Below, in pieces: positions 59,811 to 64,000 of a stretch of 64,000 nucleotides of DNA. The translations under genes were made by a program, and so were the position numbers. A model generated the notes under the pieces. That model was not told the origin of the DNA. It made no database searches and saw nothing but the letters and a program-made list of their open reading frames with translations. Position 1 is the stretch's first letter; each line of letters opens with the position of its first letter. Source of the DNA: the human T2T-CHM13v2.0 reference genome, Homo sapiens; the NCBI RefSeq assembly GCF_009914755.1, contig NC_060925.1, one strand, 5' to 3'.

Positions 59811-60578
59811 AAAACCCACTACCTTCTCTTCTCCCATCATTGCAAAGGAGAGACAAAATGAAGGCTTGATGGGCCCAGCTGAGACTTCGGATTCTAAAAA
59901 CAGTTTTCCCATGAGATAATAATAGGAATTGGGTGAAATGTGAGCTTCATGCACCAAAGGGTAATCCTGTGTGCTCTTACCCCCTTCCTGAAAACTTGCC
60001 TGGCACTGGGAGAGCCTGCAGTTTTAAAAAAGGCAGGTTAACTCCGTGTGTGTATCCTGAATGTATTGATTTCTTAACTTTCTTTAACTGGAAGTATTTT
60101 TGAAAGGGGGCATGTGCTTTTGTGTAAAGCTGGGTCCTCCTCCCAAGTGAGTGTCCAGGCAGACTGCAATCCACAAATACCTTGACTCCTTTCTTCACTT
60201 GGTGATGTGGTTTTAGCAGTTACTTGCAATGGCCTGGACATCCTAAATTAGAAGAGAGAGAGGAACCTGCCTGCCTGGGGCTTGACTGGGCCAGTCCCCA
60301 TCCAGCATGGGCATGGGGCAGGTAGCCAGGGCCTGGCCCTGGTTCCCCTAAATCTCCAGCCCTTAAATAGAAGATACTTGGCTTTGATGAGTTAGAAAAT
60401 GAGAGAGAGCCTCATTTTCTCGTGTGGTTTTGGTAGAGTTGATCCTGGATTCTCCGTATCAGCGTCAGCAGTCTCGATGGTTCAGAATAGCTAAATGTGA
60501 TGCTATGTTTGGGTAAGAGCCAATGGGTCAGGTTTGCCGACAGATATGAGTGTGCTTCCAGTGCCTGTGCACGTGTGT

Positions 60579-60580
<2 letters not shown>

Positions 60581-60612
<32 letters not shown>
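60581..60612. repeat. (CA)16 microsatellite
   Basis: Read directly from the sequence. Confidence 0.97.
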
Positions 60613-60614
<2 letters not shown>

Positions 60615-62729
60615 AGCACATATGCTCATCACGTTCTCACACAACAGCTCTCTTCTCCTGATTCCCGGGCTCAGTCCCCCTCTCTTCCTTGTGCACATGC
60701 ACCTAGACTCATGTGCTGCTTCTTTCTTCTTTTTCTGTTACTCAGATGCAGAGCTTGTTTTGCTCTCTGTTTCATGTACATGACTTCATATCATTGATCT
60801 CTGTCCTTTTGATAAATATTGTTGGAGGGTTTTTTACTTGGCAGTACTATTTTGCTAGAGAAAGGGATTAGAAGGCAAACAAAGCAATCCCTTGCCTTCC
60901 AGAACTCACAGTTGAGCAGAGGAGCCACTGTGGGTTATGAAACAGAGGAGGCACCTGCTCACCTCTGTGCTGTCCAGGTGGCTGCGCCTCCTGTTATTCC
61001 GGCTGCCCTCACCTCCATGTTTAATCACTGGGCTTCCCTCTGCTGTGTGGCAGGACTGCATGCCATTCCCAGGCTCCCAGGGCCTGGCGTCTGTGTGTAG
61101 CCTCTGGGCTGTGAGGACACTCCCCAGGGAGCAGGCTTCAGGTGTGGGTGCACACACAAGCCAGCCTTCAGCTATAGCCTGAGGGACCAGTTTTAGGTAT
61201 TTCACACTGTAGCAGGTCAGCCCCCCTGGGTACTCGTCACAGGCCCCACCCGTGTCAGGAGTCACCTGGAGGGAGGAACCCATACAGGGGGAGGGAAGAA
61301 CAAACAGAGTGGAAGACGAAGCGGGTGAAAGGAGGAGGAGCCAGCTGGTATTGGTGGGGTGGGCAGAGGCGGAGGGGAAGGTGCCATCCCCACCGTGTCC
61401 ATGCTTCTGTGTCCTTGTAGCTCCTCCATCCAAGACCCTGCTGTTAACTGTGTTCTCAGTCACTGCTGGGAAGCGGGGGGCCCAGGGGACTCACTCAGAG
61501 GTGATGGAGGGCGCCGTGCGGTGCTGCTGTGGGTCCCGCTGTGGTCCAGGTGTGACTGGAGGAGGCGTCTCCGCTGGCTGTGTTCCTTCTACACTGATAA
61601 CAGCGTGTTTATTTCCATGGTTTGGGCTTTGTTCTTGAGATCTGGAAAGCAGTGAGCTTGGGGAGAGATGTTTTATGTGTTTCCATCTAGAACCATAGTG
61701 AAAATCCACCGAAATGCCCTCAGAAAAGTGGAGCTCTGTGAGGGAGGGGGAAATGATGGGTCTCATTCTCAGCAAGCTGGGTTTCATCTAAACCGGACAG
61801 ACGGTGCTGCAAGGCTTGGTCGATCACACAGCATTAATGCAGATTTCACCAAATGCAGACATGTGGATAATTCGTGTAGGGTTGGGTGAAGCTTACCTCT
61901 GGTCTGTGGATGACAAAACGGACGAGGTGCCCACCCAGGTTCCGTACTGTCTGGGTGTTGGGCCTCTTGTGATCCCTGGCCAGCCTCACCTCCGTGTTTA
62001 ATCTCTGGAGTTCCCACTGTCACTCTGCAGTGTTCTGATGATTTATGGAAGGTTGGAGAGGTCACTCCTTTCTGTGTCAGCGCCTCTGCTGGAAAGCGAC
62101 ACACCTTACGCTACAGCACATTAAACAGAAGCGTGTGCTCAGGCCCCGGCCGAGAGAGTTCGTCATCAGAGTCTCGGGCCCCAGCTTCATCCCCTGTGCG
62201 TCAGGCTCTGTGACTGGCTCACCCCCCGCCAGCATTGCACCTTAATTACCGCACAGCTAGTAACACGAGACAGAGTCTGGGCCCTGTGGAGGTGGCAGGT
62301 CTACGGGAACCAAAGACTTTGTCTGTGTAGCTGCTGCCTGTGACCCTCCTCACCTGCCCTCAGGAGGACAGCCTGTGTCCCGCCTTCAGGGCTGTGGCCC
62401 TCACCCCCCGGTCCTGCCCAGTAGAGAGTCTCCAGGATTCCTCTCTGCACAGTGCTGAGGGCAGCCACAGCACAGACCTTTGACACAGAGCGCCCATTCC
62501 TTGCCTCTGCACCAACTTCAGGGGTCAGCAAAGGGCTGTGCCAAGGAGTGAACAAGATCGGGTCTGCAGGGTGTGTCTCCCACTCTGCTTTTGCTTTTCC
62601 TTCTTGCTGTTGTGCAGCCATTACTGTTCTCACATGTGGGCTTTCCCTTCCTTTCCAGCAGTAAGTGCTGACTCCCTGCTCACTCTCTGTCCCCCTCCAA
62701 TGGCCACATCCTGGGATTGCTCAGAGAAA

Positions 62730-63106
<377 letters not shown>

Positions 63107-63208
63107 TGATGCCAGGTGCTATGCCCAGAGAGCCTGATCTAATTTGTCTAGGGTCAGAGGGCACCACCAGATCTCTAAGAGCTAACAAGTGATTCTAAAT
63201 GAGGATTT

Positions 63209-63512
63209 GGCCTGCTGTAGTGGTACACACCTGTAATTTCAGCACTTTAGGAAGCCAAGGCAGGAGGATTGCTTGAGGCCAGGAGTTCAAGACCAGGCTG
63301 GACAACATAGGGAAGCTCCGTCTTTACAAAAAAAAAAAAAAGATTAGCCAGTTGTGATGACCTGTGCCTGTAGTCCAAGCTACTCAGGAGGCTGAGATGG
63401 GAGGATTGCTAAAGCCCAAGAGGTCGAGGCTGTAGTGAGCTGTGATTGCACCACTACACTCCAGCCTGAACAACAGAGTGAGACCATGTTCCTAAAATAA
63501 TGTAAAATAAAT
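63209..63512 (+). mobile_element. AluJ-type SINE
   Basis: Diverged dimer (ggaggattgcttgaggccaggagttcaagacc). Confidence 0.88.
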
Positions 63513-63515
63513 TAG

Positions 63516-63816
<301 letters not shown>

Positions 63817-64000
63817 TTAAAAAATAGGAGTTGAGGAGCAAGCGTTTTCTAGTGGAAAGATGAACACATCAGCACATACAATGTGATGTGAGATGGCAGG
63901 ATGACATGATGTATGTTACACCCTCAGCTTGGGAGCACCTTACTGCCTGGGCCAGTCTGGGGCCAGTGGGCTACTATCAGTACTTTCCAATAGAACCATG

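Noticed and set aside
60566-60612. Purine-pyrimidine alternation (Z-DNA or fold-back potential) at the CA repeat
   Set aside because: Ordinary property of CA microsatellites

Overview
Primate (almost certainly human) genomic DNA from inside GALNT2 (polypeptide N-acetylgalactosaminyltransferase 2), transcribed on the + strand. Eleven consecutive GT-AG coding exons (numbered 4-14 from my recollection of the canonical transcript) total 1066 nt. They splice into one open frame of about residues 125-480: the GT-A catalytic domain with the DSH/DXH motif and WGGENLE, plus the first ricin-lectin repeat. Bases 1-29602 are one long intron and the window ends inside intron 14. The introns hold about 23 Alus, old L1M/L2/MIR fragments, MaLR/ERV1/ERVL LTRs and hAT/Tigger DNA transposon remnants. 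Repeat subfamily names come from recalled consensus sequences, not a RepeatMasker run. Nearly all ORF-track entries are Alu/L1-derived or chance. I found no convincing new gene system. The least explained structures are (i) a ~310-bp inverted duplication inside an old L1 (21745-22529) bracketed by twin mini-palindromes, (ii) a ~203-bp, ~96% identical direct duplication of apparently unique DNA flanking exon 14, and (iii) several cryptic splice architectures, including an in-frame 81-nt candidate exon at 6023-6103 and a stop-introducing competing donor at 56316.
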